Counted from the first letter of the stretch, positions 37,871-51,395 are shown. The stretch is DNA of 64,000 nucleotides from Lama glama (GCA_028534125.1 CM052817.1:55120001-55184000), one strand, 5' to 3'. Notes: generated by a model not told the origin, from the letters alone. Numbers and translations: made by a program.

Positions 37871-40800
37871 AGAAAATGTGGCATAAATCTGCTGTCAGAT
37901 ATTTCCTAATATATATCCCCTTCATCTTTTCTCTCTTAAATTGTGTCGTTCTACCTAGAGGTGTCCCCAGAGTAACAGGAAGCTTACTGAACTCAAGAGA
38001 AATAAAATCTGTGCATCTTGAGGACATGTGGTTGGGAAAGATTCAGAGAGAAAGCACAAAGGGTTGATCAACACATGTGCAGTTTATTCCCCTATATTTA
38101 ATTATGTACCTCAGGTCTCGGATGGGGAGCAGTGAGCCACACAAAAGGGTTATTTCCATGCTTTTCCTTCTTGGGGACTTTAGCCAATGTTTTTTCCTTC
38201 TATGAGAAATGGAGGCATACATGACAATAAATTCTACTAAATAACATTTTATGAATGCAATTGAAGTTTAAAAGGACATTGATTCTATTTAAGTTCTTAA
38301 TATAACTTCAGACATATATGTTATCTCTTCCTAGCTAATGTAAGTTGCATTTTAAAATGGCTTTTTTGACAATGACTCAACCTGTAGAGCAACCAAGGTG
38401 TTGTGGGTACGGCAGTGTATGTGCACTGCACAAAGGTATCTGGCCAAAGGGAGAGTAGAGAGGTTAAAACCAGCACTTTCCATGCTTGTCAAACCCTTCA
38501 CTCTCTTTTGAGGCTGAGCCAGGATGTAGGAAGGGCTGTCTCGTATTAACATGCCGAAAAGTGCTGTTTGTTTTGCACTTTGCACAAAGACTCTGTAGAA
38601 GGTAGTGGAGGCCTTTTTTGACAAAAGGGGGTTCGATAAAGATGGCCCTCTAAGAAACTGTTTTAATATATGGCTATCATTTGGGAGCAGATGGGACTTT
38701 TAGAGACCTGTAAATTGTATCTCACAGGCCACTATGTTACTACTTAATAGTGGCCTTGACTGTAAAGAACAGTGCAGCATTTTCAGGTTTACTGTTGTTG
38801 TTTTTTTTTCTATTTGAGGCCTTGAGTTGTAAATAATCTTGACTGTAGCTTCTATATGCTACACTTATGGATGCAAGTGTTCTGAAAGTTATAAAAGAGG
38901 TAACTTCCTGCTAGAATAAAACACGTTTCCTTCAGAGGCATCTCCACCCTGTTCATGTAGCATAATTGCACTGTGTAGAAAGAAATTCAGAAACAAAATA
39001 ATAGCTATCAGCTATCACTTTTGTATAACTCTCCAGATAATCTTATGTATAACATTAAAAAGTGGCTTTCATTATAGTGGACTTCTATTTCTTTTTAATT
39101 GCTTCCATTTTTCTTGAAGTCATTAATATTCAAAAAATTCAGTCACTGCACTTACTTCATTTCCTTTTGAGATCCTTAGATGAAAGACTTCATAAAGCTA
39201 TAAAATATAAAGAATTATTTCCATATTGGAATCGTTTTTAAGGCAGGATTCCGAAGTCTTGCTTTACACAGAATAAGCCTGGACTCTTTTGATATCTAAC
39301 AGCTGAAAAATTACTTTTGAGAAAATGTTCTTAAGTTCAAGGACTTTTGTCTCCTCTGATAATTGCTCAAATGTCCGTATTTTACTTCATGTTTTGTTCT
39401 CTTGAGATTTTTCTTTTATTCTAATCACATGCAAAATTCTGAATACAGAAAGTATGTTTTAAATTTAGAAATTTATTTCAAAAACACTGGCCTTTCTCTC
39501 TTTAGAGGGCAGTGTTGAAAGTGCTATTTTGCATTTGCCTTTTTAATATATTTTTTGAGTGAACCTCTGTAATGTAAAGACTTCAGTTTCATCTTTACAA
39601 TAAGAGGAGATTCACTTATGTGCAAGTTCTGGTAAAAAGGTATTGTTGGAGATATTTTAAAATTTAAACACATAGGTTAGAATGAATAATGTCATGTTTT
39701 TCAGACATTTTTTAAGTTACATGTAGAACAGCATTTATGTAAGTCCGGGTTAGTGTATTTTTTCAAAGCTATATATTATCATTATTTTAGATATGTTCTT
39801 TGCTTGTATGTAAAATCTTTTTACAAAACTTGGGTAATATATTAATACTATTACTCTTACTTCCACTTATTTCCTTGTTATTAATATTTTCAAATATTAT
39901 TAAATAATCTTCAAAATTGGTATGGTAATTGTCTCCTTGTCAATAGGTTGGGGTGTAAGAAAAGTCTTATTGTCTTCAGTGTTTTAATTTAATGATACAA
40001 GTCACTTTACTACCCACGAAGAGAATGACATTTTCTCCTCCCAGGCCATTCTTCCAGTAGTAATTCTATACCATCTCATTCATATGTCAGTCCAAAGGCT
40101 GCCCTGATCACAAATCTATTAATGATGGAGCCAGAAATTATGAGTAACCACTGTGCAAAGATGCTTCCTGTACCACCAAGCGAGTGATACAGTGCCCAAA
40201 TGGACACCTAAGAATTTTGCCCAGTAAGACTGTAGCCCCCATATGTGATTAATCTCTTTACTTCACTTGTGCTCTTGAGACTGAGTCCTGTCCTATCTTC
40301 AGAGGTCATTGAAGAGAAGGAGAAAAGAATGAACCACTTCACTACCATCTCTGGTTCTGTTCTCTTAGATGGATCCTAAGTTCCCAACATTGTAATACTT
40401 ATTTTAATTATATAGTATTTTTCCTTAAAAATGCCATCTGTCCCTAAGAGACTGAGTCTAGTGGATTTTTACATTCAAACTCATAATCCTTCCCCCACCT
40501 ATCACTGGACTGGAAAGAAGTGGCTGAACACTAATCCCAGCTCTTTCTATTTCCGTGACAGTTTACATACCCAGGACTCCTTGTCCTTCCATATTGCAGA
40601 TACTTGAGCAAAATGATTTCTGTACCTTGTATACATCAAAGCCAGATTTCCCATAGAGGCATCACTTTCCTGAGGGCTTCTCAGTCAGTTCTCCACATTT
40701 TTACATATAAAAGTATTTCAGAGCCTGGAGATGATGTCAACCGCCTCTTCCCATTCTAAACAAATTTGAGACTATAATGTATCCTTAAGGAAAATCTTTA

Positions 40801-41699
40801 CAGCTTTTAGAGCCATCGTTTGCAGCCCTATTTGTCAGAGCAGGGTTGCATTTTCTATCATCCCATCAGACTCCTGAGCTCTACATATTAATAATGTATT
40901 CCCCAATTAAAAATAAAATTTAAAGATTATTTTTTTCTAGATATTCGCAAACAAATGATTTGTAAATCTTCTAAAGATTTTTTCTTTGATGAGTAAAGTG
41001 ATACCTCACTATTTCCAATTGGGAAATGGAATAACAACAAAGAAAAGAGAAAAGAATTATTTTTGAAAAAGAAAACTTTAATACATTGCCTTGTCTGCTT
41101 TAGCTAACTCCTTCTGGAGCGGTCTCCTTTTCTACCTCCTCTGACCTGACTCCATGGCTTGTTTGCAGTATAAGATTGGGGTCCTTTAAGTGTCTATATT
41201 TCATCAATTAGAAGAAATATTTTCTCACGTATTATTTTATCTCCTCGGTAACTCTCTGCTGTCCCCACACCCCCTTCTCTAAAGACCTCTATATCATTGG
41301 TACTTTTTTCAATTAATTATGACTTTGAATACAAGAAATACAGTTAATTAATTCTACTCCTTATTGTTATTAGGGATTGGATTCCTTTAGCAGCAAAATC
41401 AATTCCAGCTTTTTCTTGGAAAGCTTTTGATCTTACTCACATGTACTAACCCGACTTCACAGGCTGTTGCTCTTTCCAAAACCTAGAGTGCCAGGAGCCT
41501 GACAACTCCACAATGGGAATTCTGGCACTCTGCTGAGTCCCCATCTCATCTCCTTTCTTGTCATTGTTGGTCCTTTAATCTCTTTCCTCCACTTCCATTT
41601 TAGCACATCTGCTTTCTAGATCCAACTTCCTCTCCCTTTCCTTCTTTTCTAGATTTTCCACTCTGCAATCAGGGACCTACTTTCCATGTTTAGATATTT

Positions 41700-43630
41700 C
41701 ATCTTCACTTTAGGCCTGTTTCATAGAATTCTTCTATACCTACTTGTCGAATGGAAACCGGTCATCCCTGCTCCCCTGCCCTGACAGTCTTCTCATAGTT
41801 TCTGCTTGTTCTTCTCTACCCCGGTGACTGCAGAGTCGGGAGGGCGTGTCAGCTTCCTCCTCCCTATCCAGCCTACTGTCAAATACCATTTACCCACACT
41901 TACAGAGTGGAAAACTTTGTATAACTGAGATCCACACTGTCCGGGAATATTACCCTTTTCATCTCTGCCTCACTACTCTAGAAACCACCTCTCAGTTGCT
42001 GAAGAATTTGCCTCTCCTTCACACTGAGAGATTCGTGTGCCCTAGATAATGTTGTCTTTGTGAGGCAATGTGAGATATCACGCTTCCCTCTTAATGCATT
42101 AACCTTCTAAGTCTTATATGCTCTGAATCGAATAGTGTCCTTGCAAAAGAGGTATGTCGAAGTCCTTACTCCCAGCACCTCAGAATGTGACCTTGTTTGG
42201 AGATAAGGTTTTTACAGAAGTAATTAAGTTAAAGTGAGGTTATGAAGATGGGCCCTAATTCAGTATGGAAGGTGTCCTTATGAAAAAAAGGATAAATTTG
42301 GACAGAGAGGCAAACAGATACAGAGGGAAGACGATGTGAAGAGACATGGGGAAAGACGGTTGTCTGTAAGCCAAGGAGAGAAGCCTGGATCAGGTCTTTC
42401 CCTCTCAGCCCTCGGCAGAAATCAACCTTTGAAATACCTTGATTTTGGACGTATAGCCTCCAGGGTTTTGAGAAAAGAAACTTCTGTTGTTTAAGCCACC
42501 CAGTTTGTGGTGCTTTGTTACAGCAGTCCTAGTGAATAGGTAGTATAGCATACCTATTACCAAAACTCAGCTCGGCATCTAATTCCAAAACCACAACTTG
42601 TAATTAAACACCCATGACTGATAAACTCACAAATGTTAAACTCAATAATCCCATACCCGACTACAATCTTTTTCACTTGATATCTTCTCACTTAATATAT
42701 ACTTTGACTCTATCAAGTCCACTAGCCTTTTGACACGTTACTGTCAGTCAGTTCTCTGTCTTCAGTGATTGCCCATCTAACTTAGGCAATAGAATTCCTC
42801 ATTTAAACTCAGCTGCTGTGCCACTGACATTATATTGCATCAAATGTTACATTTTATTCCTGGATTTTCTTCTCTGCTTCTACATTTGAACTCCTCAGTG
42901 TTGCTGGGAAAAAAAATTCATGTAACCACAGACATGCTGCCTGTACAAATTTATGGTCTCAAACAGCACTAGATCTCTATCAAAAAGTACTAAATCTCTA
43001 CCCTTCTTTTATTTCTACTCAACTCTCACCATTCATCTCAAGTACAGCTTCAAACCGTCTGTTCTCCTCCCACCTCTTAACCACTTTTTACTTTCAGATG
43101 ACCTCATCTGTTTCTCTCAGGAGTCAAACACCATCATACTGAAACACCCGACATTCTTCAGTCTCAGTGAGAAATCCAGTATCTGCTCCCAAAATAGTTG
43201 TAGTAACTGTAAGATAACTGTAAAGTAGCTCCTTTGATGTATGCTCTCTCTGTTCAGAATTCCACCTATTCATATCTCCATCAACTGATCATTCTCGTTT
43301 TTCAGTCGTCAACCTTTTCCATTCCGTTGGCTTCCTTATCCATTAATCAACAGCTGTTATATAATGCTCTACTATCTTTCAGCTGCTTCCACTTTTATCC
43401 ATTCCCACCAAAGCTGTTTTATTACAGACAATTGTCCTCTTTTGCCTGAATTCTCTAACATCCTCCTAAATGTGTCTCTATTGTCCAGTCTTGCCAACTA
43501 CTGAAATCCATCCATTCTTACGCTACAATTCTTGCAATCACAAATATTCTAAAATATAAATCATTTTCTTTTCATTATTTTAACCCATCGATGTTCACCA
43601 AATTTAGTAGGAAGCCCACATCCATCAGTA
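41700..43630 (+). mobile_element. L2 ORF2/3' fragments, interrupted by an MLT1 LTR
   Basis: C/T-rich sense strand with L2 landmarks 'gagtcgggagggcgtgtcagcttcctcc', 'acaaatttatggtctcaaac', 'actttcagatgacctcatctgtttctc', 'aacatcctcctaaatgtgtctcta'. Confidence 0.6.
42119..42547 (+). mobile_element. MLT1B-like MaLR solo LTR
   Basis: 'cccagcacctcagaatgtgaccttgtttggagataaggtttttacagaagtaattaagttaaagtgagg...cttctgttgtttaagccacccagtttgtggtgctttgttacagcagtcctag'. Confidence 0.9.
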
Positions 43631-43640
43631 TTATATAAAG

Positions 43641-43764
43641 TAGGCCTGTCATTCATCTTGGTTTGCCTGAGAGAATCCTAGTTTATACTTACTGTCCCAG
43701 CATAATTTTTAATTATACCTGTTAGCATTCAGAACATCCTGATTTGGATGATAAATTATCCTTA
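43641..43764. mobile_element. MER94-like (hAT-Blackjack) MITE
   Basis: 'catcttggtttgcctgagagaatcctagtttatacttactgtcccagcataatttttaat...cctgatttggatgataaattat'. Confidence 0.6.
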
Positions 43765-43955
43765 TTAAGGATCTTTTTATCTGGCTCTTGGTACAGAGTC
43801 AGTTCATCTTTTCTTTTTCTGATTTCTTTTTCAAGAGACACAATTTATTAACATATTTTAACAAATACAAATATTAACCAATATGTGACTATCTTATATG
43901 TAAGTTAGAGATATTAAAATGTTTCCCAATCAGTTCTAATGCACAAACATACTAC

Positions 43956-44051
43956 TTTTGTTTATATAACAGCTTTGTTGAAGTATACCTCATATACCTT
44001 GCTATTCACTCATATTAAGCATAAAATTCAGTGGTTTTGGTGTATTTACAG
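43956..44051 (-). mobile_element. Extreme 3' end (~95 bp) of an L1MB-like LINE, antisense
   Basis: 'aacagctttgttgaagtatacctcatatacc..attcactcatattaagcataaaattcagtggttttggtgtatttacag' matches the recalled L1MB terminus. Confidence 0.75.
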
Positions 44052-45783
44052 CATTCTTCAGTCCTTGCTTGTTCTTCAGTTTTTGATGCTATCATGATAT
44101 CGTCAATGTCGTGTATTAGCACACTCAGAAACTGCATGTAGTCCCCCTCCTAGCCAAATTACGACAGTAAGTTGGTGAATTCAAATAACCCCATGTCATT
44201 CTAGCTAACATAAATTGGGCTCCTTCCCACAAGAAGGCAAAATTTAGTTGGCTCTTTTTTGAGATCAAGATCAAGAAAAAATATTTGTAAGATAAATGAT
44301 TGTGTATTGGTCTTCTTAGCTCATTGTAGTTTTTCCTGCAGTCGATGAAAACAAATTAGTGACTGCTGCTGCTCTAGGTGGTACTACTTAATTGAATCCT
44401 CCATAATATATTGTTAGTCTCCATCTGCCTTTTTCGCAGGCCGCACAGGGCTGTTCTACAGCAAACTTGTCGATGACAGTACTCGGACGTCTAACATGTC
44501 CTTAATTAAAGTGGTAAGTCTCTTTGTTCACCAGGCATCCGATATTGTTTCATACTAATAATCTATGTGGGCTCAGACAAATCTCTTGGTTGCCATTTAG
44601 TGTATCCAGTGAATACTGAGTGAAGAGCAAACTTACTTGTCTTCTGTTTTACAATACTAAATAAAAGAAATGTTCGCCAGTCAGACATAATATCCACCCC
44701 AATAGATTCATGTAAAGATGCAAACGCTTCACACAAAGTCTGTTCAAAAATTCTAATTTTTCCTCCAAACTTTTACCTTAATCTTGTCAACCACTGCATC
44801 CTCACATTATCCCAATTTAATTAACTCTCCATTAGGACTTCATCAAAGGTTTTGGCATTACAGTGCACTGGGCTTCTGGGTTAGAGTCCCAGAAAGAATT
44901 CTTCTCCATCCCTGGCCACTTTCCCCTGCATGGTCATGTGGTGTTGGGAGACCTTGTTTCTATCTTCAATCCTCATTTTCATTAACTTCACACACTATCA
45001 GCGTGACAATTCAGGGTCAGATTTCTCATTATCCTTTTTGTCTCCTGGCTTTTAAAATTCCTGCAAATGAGGATAAGTAGAGGAGGTTTTCTTAGGGCCC
45101 TTCGATGTTGGGGGCTCCCATCAGTCTACCCCACCTCTGATGGTGCTGCATTAAGACATTTGTTTTGATTCCATCAATGTCTGCTTAATTCCATTAATAC
45201 CATTTCTTAGTAACATTGTTATAATTTCCACCCTGCTAGGACAAATCCCTTGACTATTCCTTCTAATTTCCTCAGCATCTGTAAGACCCGTAAGAGGAAG
45301 CTGACACACCAAATGTGATATGGGTTCTCTGACTGTTGCTTGATTCTGCAGCAGTTAGTTTATATTGGGTGTTCATGCTGAAAGGTTCCTTAATCACCTG
45401 TTTGTCATGATCTGGGTAGGAAGCATACTAATTAATGAATATGTAATCATCATAAGGCCAATCCAGCAAAGAGGAGTTCCACTTGGAATTTAAAGGAGAG
45501 GAAGGACAATTCTCTTTCTCAAAGTAAACAAACTTTACAACAGCATTTATCTAGTCCACCATGCTTACTGACCCCTTGGGAAAAAACCTGCTGTGTATTT
45601 AGATCATTTATAGGCAGATGTAATTGTTCAATAACACATAGTGGGTCCTGTGTCACCCAAACATTCTCCTTCACACTATACACCCAGATTTCAGTAGATT
45701 TTTGGTTTTGTTCACCCTCATGCTACCTGCACTAACTTTTTAGTGAACAGAGATCATAGAGGTGCAGTCTCTTTTTCCAGCAT
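44052..45783 (-). mobile_element. Degenerate class III (ERV-L-type, possibly HERVL40/74-group) internal region: gag C-terminal half, protease, RT up to just past the YxDD motif; no LTR visible
   Basis: Manual minus-strand translation gives: gag-like VD*INAVVKFVYFEKENCPSSPLNSKWN and LLQNQATVREPISHLVCQLPLTGLTDA; protease-like FLGL*/PEAQCTVMPKP (~44849-44910); MKQYRMPG (~44530-44553); NSPVRPAKKADG/WRLTIYYGGFN*VVPPRAAAV (~44360-44455); QLNFAFLWEG (44221-44250); GYLNSP (44173-44190); VLIHDIDDIMIA with DIDD at 44099-44110. Confidence 0.88.
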
Positions 45784-45910
45784 AATTTATGATAGCATTT
45801 AAAGAATGAAACAAAATATATTCAACAAAAAGTGGTCTAGAAACTGAAACTATAAAGCATTGCTGGAGAAAGTTAAAGAAAACTTGAAATAATGAACAAT
45901 ACATGTTATA
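45784..45910 (+). mobile_element. Short old L1 ORF2 fragment
   Basis: 'tttatgatagcatttaaagaatgaaac...ctgaaactataaagcattgctggagaaagttaaagaaaacttgaaataatg'. Confidence 0.55.
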
Positions 45911-46520
45911 TTTTTAAATGTTTACAAATATCAGGGGAAGTCCACAAGGTGTAAAATAAACATTACTGCTAAATTTTTAAAAATATTTGAATGTCTATAT
46001 TAGTTATTGACACTGATTGTGACTATCATATATTTCTTATATTGATTAAATAGGTCTAACAACATGTTCCAATATTCTAAATCTCTCATATCATTTTTTC
46101 TTGATGAGTTGGTGAAATACCTTATCAAAAATACTGCCAATTGGTTTGAAAAATAGCGTTGGCCTCAGAATCTACTGGTAAGCAGGTCTCAGGAATTAAT
46201 TTATGATTGCACGTGCCTTAATGTTTCTGCATGCTATTAGGAATGCTTAAATTTCTTAGCAACTACTATAAAGAAAGGTCAACATCTTATTTTAACAAAT
46301 CAATATGATATTCTCTAAATTATAATTATTTAGATACCAACAGAATGAGACAAATAATATTTCAATAATAAAATTGAAAGACAGGCTAAATTAACGTTGT
46401 ACAACATGAGTGAGCGGCAATTTAAAAAGTCTGTTCCCCAGACCCCCCGTGTCGTGGGCTGCTTTCTGTATAGTAAGATGGGCTGCCTCTCCCTTCTTTA
46501 CGCATGTGAGTTTCCATCAG

Positions 46521-46712
46521 CGTCTCAGTCTGATCAGGTTACCACAACAAAATACCACAGGTTGTGTCGCTTAAACACTAGAAACTTATTTTCTCAGAGT
46601 TCTGGATGCTGGAGAGGTCAAGATCAAGATCCAGCAGGGTTCAGTCTCTGGTGAGAGCCCTCTTCCTGACTTGCAAGTGGTCACTTTCTTGCTGTGTCCT
46701 CACATGCTTTTT

Positions 46713-46755
<43 letters not shown>

Positions 46756-46924
46756 CTCTGGTATCTTTTTTTATAAGTGTATTAAAACTATTCAAACAGG
46801 GCCCCATCCTATGGCATCATTTAACCTTAATTACCTCCCAAAGGCTCTATTTCCAAATACAGTCATATTGAGAGTTAGGGCTTTAACATAAGACTTTTGA
46901 GGGAGCACAGTTCAGTCCATAGGA
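46521..46924 (-). mobile_element. MLT1A/B-like MaLR solo LTR containing an (AG)19 microsatellite (46716-46753)
   Basis: 'acaacaaaataccacagg...agttctggatgctggagaggtcaagatcaag...ttaaccttaattacctcccaaaggc...cagttcagtccatag'; near-TSD atcag / atcaa. Confidence 0.9.
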
Positions 46925-47549
46925 ATCAAATGCCACTCTTTTTGACTCAAGAACTGGCTAAATCTTTCAGTTATATTTTAAAATTTTAAGGTCATCTATA
47001 TCCAGTTAGCTCAGGAAATCACTCTGGATTCTACCTCACACATTTTCTTCCTATTTCTGCCAGGCTTTTCCTTGAATGTCTAGTCTATTGGCTTACACCT
47101 GGATTGAATCTCCTTGCCTCATAATCTTATAATTTCTGGTATCCTAGTTATTAGTACATTGAACTGTTTCCCTGGCTTATTTTTAATTTTGATTCTGGAT
47201 AACACCTCTCAATGCCCATTTTAACAGTGATATACTGCAAGTCACTGATAAAGTCCAGATTATCCCCATAATCAGTTTACTTCAGTCTGGACCCAATGTT
47301 CAGGGAACACACAAGTTTGCAAAGGAGAGTGAAAAAAGAAAATGCTAGTTAATTATGAAATCTCTCTGTAGTCTTTTCAACTACTTTCAATTTGTTCTTT
47401 TGAATTTACATTTGCACTACTTCAGATTTTCCCGTCTCATAACCAGACTACTATTTTATCTTTCTCACCTTACAGCCCATGTTGAAAAAATTACCTTTAT
47501 TCTTTGTTCTACTTTCTCACTTTTTACTGATATCTCAAATCATCACTAA

Positions 47550-49040
47550 TTCATCCAATGGAAATGCTCCTTCCATGCTTAATTCTTGCTGTTAAACACA
47601 ATTAATGAACATTTTTGTCTTTTTCTGACAAGAGCTTGCTTTTGATTGATCTTCAAAATCCTTTTTTCTATTATCATTATTATCACTCTTACTATTATTT
47701 GGCACTCATATGTTTTCCTCTTTCTCTCTGTCTGCCCCTTTTCGGAATTCTTGACTGAATCGTTAGAGAAACAGACAATCAACTGTTGTCATTTCTTCAT
47801 GTTCTGAATTTAGTCCTGTGCTAGTCTCACACCACTGACTCTCTCCAGAAGACTTCATTACATTTGCTTTTTAATCTGTCATGTATAAACTGATAGGAGC
47901 TAATCCATATAAGTCTAACTCCTCACTGTACGTTTTCATTTAGGCCACTTGCAACATAGTCACAACTGATTAAACCTGTCCTCAGACCCCAATCTTTTCC
48001 ACCTTCTATATGCATCATTTCACATGAAAGGAACAACGCTGACCTAGTGTTCAAAGTCAAAACCCAAAAATACTAGTCACAAGTCTCTGCTATGGTCTGA
48101 ATATTTGCGTCCCTTCATAATTCGTGTTGAAACCCTACCCTACAAAGGTGATGGTGTGAGTAGATGGAGCTGTTTGGGGGTGATTTAGTCGTGAAGGTGG
48201 CACCCTCATGAAAAGGACTTATTTATAAAAGGGGCTCCAGAGAGACTCCTAGTCACTCTGCCATGTGAAGATACAACGAGAAGTCTGTGATCCAGCAGAG
48301 AGCCCTCATCCAGCCATGCCAGCACTCTTATCTTGGGCTTCCAGCCTGCGAAATGAGGAATACATTTATGTTGTTTAAAAGCTGCCTAGTCTGCAGTGCT
48401 TTGCTATCGCAGGCCCAAAAGTTTAAGGACACTCTCCCTTAGCTCCCAAGGCTAGTTAGTCTCCTAATTTCTAGTGTCCTCATTCATCCTGCTTCTTCTG
48501 TTCTTGCCTACCTACCTCTTCATTCTCTACTGTGTAGCTCAACTGATCTTACAAGTCTGGTTCTTTATTCCTCTGATTGAAAACCATCCAATGATTCCAA
48601 GGAGCTTCAGGACAAGCCTCCTTATTTTAACATCCAGGATGCTTTCTGATCTGGCTCATATTTACCCTTCCAGTCTCAATTCCTACAGTTGTGGCTCATA
48701 TTCTGAGCTGCTGCCATTCTGAACTCCTTGCTCTCTCCCAACTGGATCATATGCTCAGGTTTTCAGAACATTTAATATGTACCTCTCCTGGGTGAAACAC
48801 TGTCTAACACTTTCTTTTTGTTTCTTAGCAAATGTACATTAATCATTTAAGACTCCTCATTTTCTTCCCTGTACCTAACACTTTTCTATATATTCAACTA
48901 TCCTAATTTGTGTGTATCTTTCAACTAGCAATTACTGTAATTGCTTATGTACCCATCCGTAGGAATAAGGGTGTATCTCGTTCATCTTTAAACCTCAACT
49001 TCTGATATAGTGCTAGATGTATGGATTGCCAGATGCACAG
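47550..49040 (+). mobile_element. L2 3' fragments, interrupted by MLT1A0
   Basis: 'ccattcttctactgtgtagc'-like and 'ctttctgatctggctcatatttacccttccagtctc' motifs; tail 'gtgtatctcgttcatctttaaacctc..tatagtgctagatgtat'. Confidence 0.55.
48088..48431 (+). mobile_element. MLT1A0-like MaLR solo LTR
   Basis: TG..CA termini ('tgctatggtctgaatatttgcgtccc' ... 'taaggaca'); near-TSD gtctc / ctctc. Confidence 0.9.
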
Positions 49041-49094
49041 ATGTTAGCAAAACACGTAAAGTGAGCTTTAAACTTCCAAGTGGATTCAGGAGCT

Positions 49095-49559
49095 GAATGC
49101 CAGACTGTATTTTCCCAGAGTTAGTCACAACAATATCTCCTATTCCACATGCTCTTCTAAAATGTGACTGTGGAACTTCTGCTATCAAGACCTGTGGTCT
49201 ATGCTGTCTCACTGCATCACCTCAGCCTTGTTTCCTGGAATGCTCGTGCTTGGAGGCCCAGACTGCCGTATACTAAGTCGAGTTACATTAAGACCACTAT
49301 ACTGTGAAAGCCAGGACACATAGAGAGGTCATGTGTGAATCTCAGGTCCACAGACTTCTAGTCCTGCCGGCTGGAGAAGTGAATAAATCATACTTCAGAT
49401 GACTTTGACCACCAGACATCAAGTCATTGTCAGTATTTGAGTTTTCCTGGCTATGGCATCAGACTTCTTGGGTCCCAGGCAAGTAGTCATATTAAATAGT
49501 TGTTGTTGCATGCCACTAAATTAGGAGTGGTATGTTACATATTATTAGAAATTGAAATA
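49095..49559 (+). mobile_element. MLT1G/H-like MaLR LTR
   Basis: 'cagactgtattttcccagagttagtcacaacaatatctcctattccacatgctcttctaaaatgtgac...tgccactaaattaggagtggtatgttac'. Confidence 0.75.
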
Positions 49560-51149
49560 AGGGACATCACCAGTAAAAAGAAATAGGTCAAAATTTTAAA
49601 AAGGCACAGGCTTATTATTTGAGACTCAAAGGGTGAGAAATTAAGGATTACTTTAGAATAAGGAAGTACTACTTTAATTGTCTTTCATATTTTCTGCTAC
49701 TTTTTAAGGAGTTTTAATTTTTTTAGGTTTTGCCTTCCTAGATATTCCTATATATATGTATATGTGTATGTGTGTGTGTGTGTGTATGTATATATCAAGA
49801 TAATCTAACATGTTTAGAGAGCAATTTATACTTTCACATATTCTAGCCATAAAAATCAACCTGCTAAACTGTAGAAACATGTTTTTAATTGGCAAACAAA
49901 TCAAAAGCAACACTCAAAAAATTATCTTTCACTAGTTTTCTCTGCTCTTTGGTGTTGCGAAAACTTCTAAATTTGTTGCCTAAAAACATTTCAAATATAC
50001 CCTTCTATAGGAAAGGAAATCACCTTGAATTTTGTCTTCATTTTTCTCATAAACGTAAATGTATGGAGCCATTTTACTATATGAATAAAAAATAAACTCA
50101 ATCAATCCTTGCATAAGTTGATATTTTTGCCTAAAGTTGAAGTTATTTTGTTTGTCTATAAACAGAAGGGAAAAAAAATCAAGTTATTAGAGTTTTTCAA
50201 ATGTCTGATAAAGAAAAAGAAAAATATTACATCTTATTTGACATGTAGCTTTTATAAAGACATGATATCATTGCTTTAAGGAATTCAACTGCATATCATT
50301 ATACAATACACATAATTGTGTATATAATAATACGAATACCTAAATAGAAAAATTCTTTGGAGATTATTACATTGAAAAATACAAATTATGCATCATACTT
50401 TTAAGTAAGTATAATAAGACATTCTTCTGCCCTTTAAATGAAAAGCATTCTTTAAAACTGTAAGCTTTTAAAAATAATTTTAAGACAATGTTTATTTATT
50501 TAAAGCAAAAATGAGAGAAAAATTGAGTCATTATTTTTCTGGTCCAAGAAATGAAATGTTTTTATCTTTATACTCACCTTTAGTCAATGTCTGTGAATAT
50601 TTATCAGTTATAGATGGCTGAAATTCTAGAACTTAACTTTTAATTTTATTGTTATATTAATTGCATAATAATATTAAATCTGTTTATTTTGATAATTATC
50701 ATTTAAAATTATTTCAATAATATCATTTTGGACAGTTTAACTAAAATTAATAAAAATTCACATACTATTAGATATTTAGACCCTTTTTTATTTTGAAAAT
50801 AATGCTAAAACATCTTTACAGACATGCTTTTTGACTATTCCTTTTAATTATTTTCTTCAAGCAGTTTCTAGAAGTGACCGTGTATTTGTCACAAATCTAA
50901 AAATCTCTTCATGACCATTGACAAATGTTAACATATTACTTTCTAGAATAGTTACTCAAAGTCACTGGTATATTATGTGTGTTCTAGGCTAACTGAAACT
51001 TTGCAGGCATAAGCTCACATTTTTAAGAAATATTGCTAATTTTGAAATGATCTTATTTATTGAAATCACTTCTCATAATTTTTAAACCTTAGGACTCTGT
51101 TAAATGTTGACTTTTTATAGTCTTCATATGGGATCTCAATGGTTCCATA

Positions 51150-51395
51150 AATCATACAGTTTAAAAGTTCTGGTTGTGGAGCCAATGAGAACCTTATTTG
51201 AATCCTAGCTCTTCCTTGTAGAGCTATGTAACATTGGGCAGATAACGTGATCTCATTAAATTTCAGATCTATTAACTGCAAAATTGGAATAAGAATGTTT
51301 ACCACTCTCAAAGTGTCAAGAAGATAAAATGGGTTAAAATATGAAACAGCACAGTGCCAGAATAGATTGCACTCAATAAATATTACCTACTGCTG
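51150..51395 (+). mobile_element. MIR SINE
   Basis: 'tttgaatcctagctcttcc..agctatgtaacattgggcaga..ctgcaaaattggaataa..acagtgccagaatagattgcactcaataaatatta'. Confidence 0.75.
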
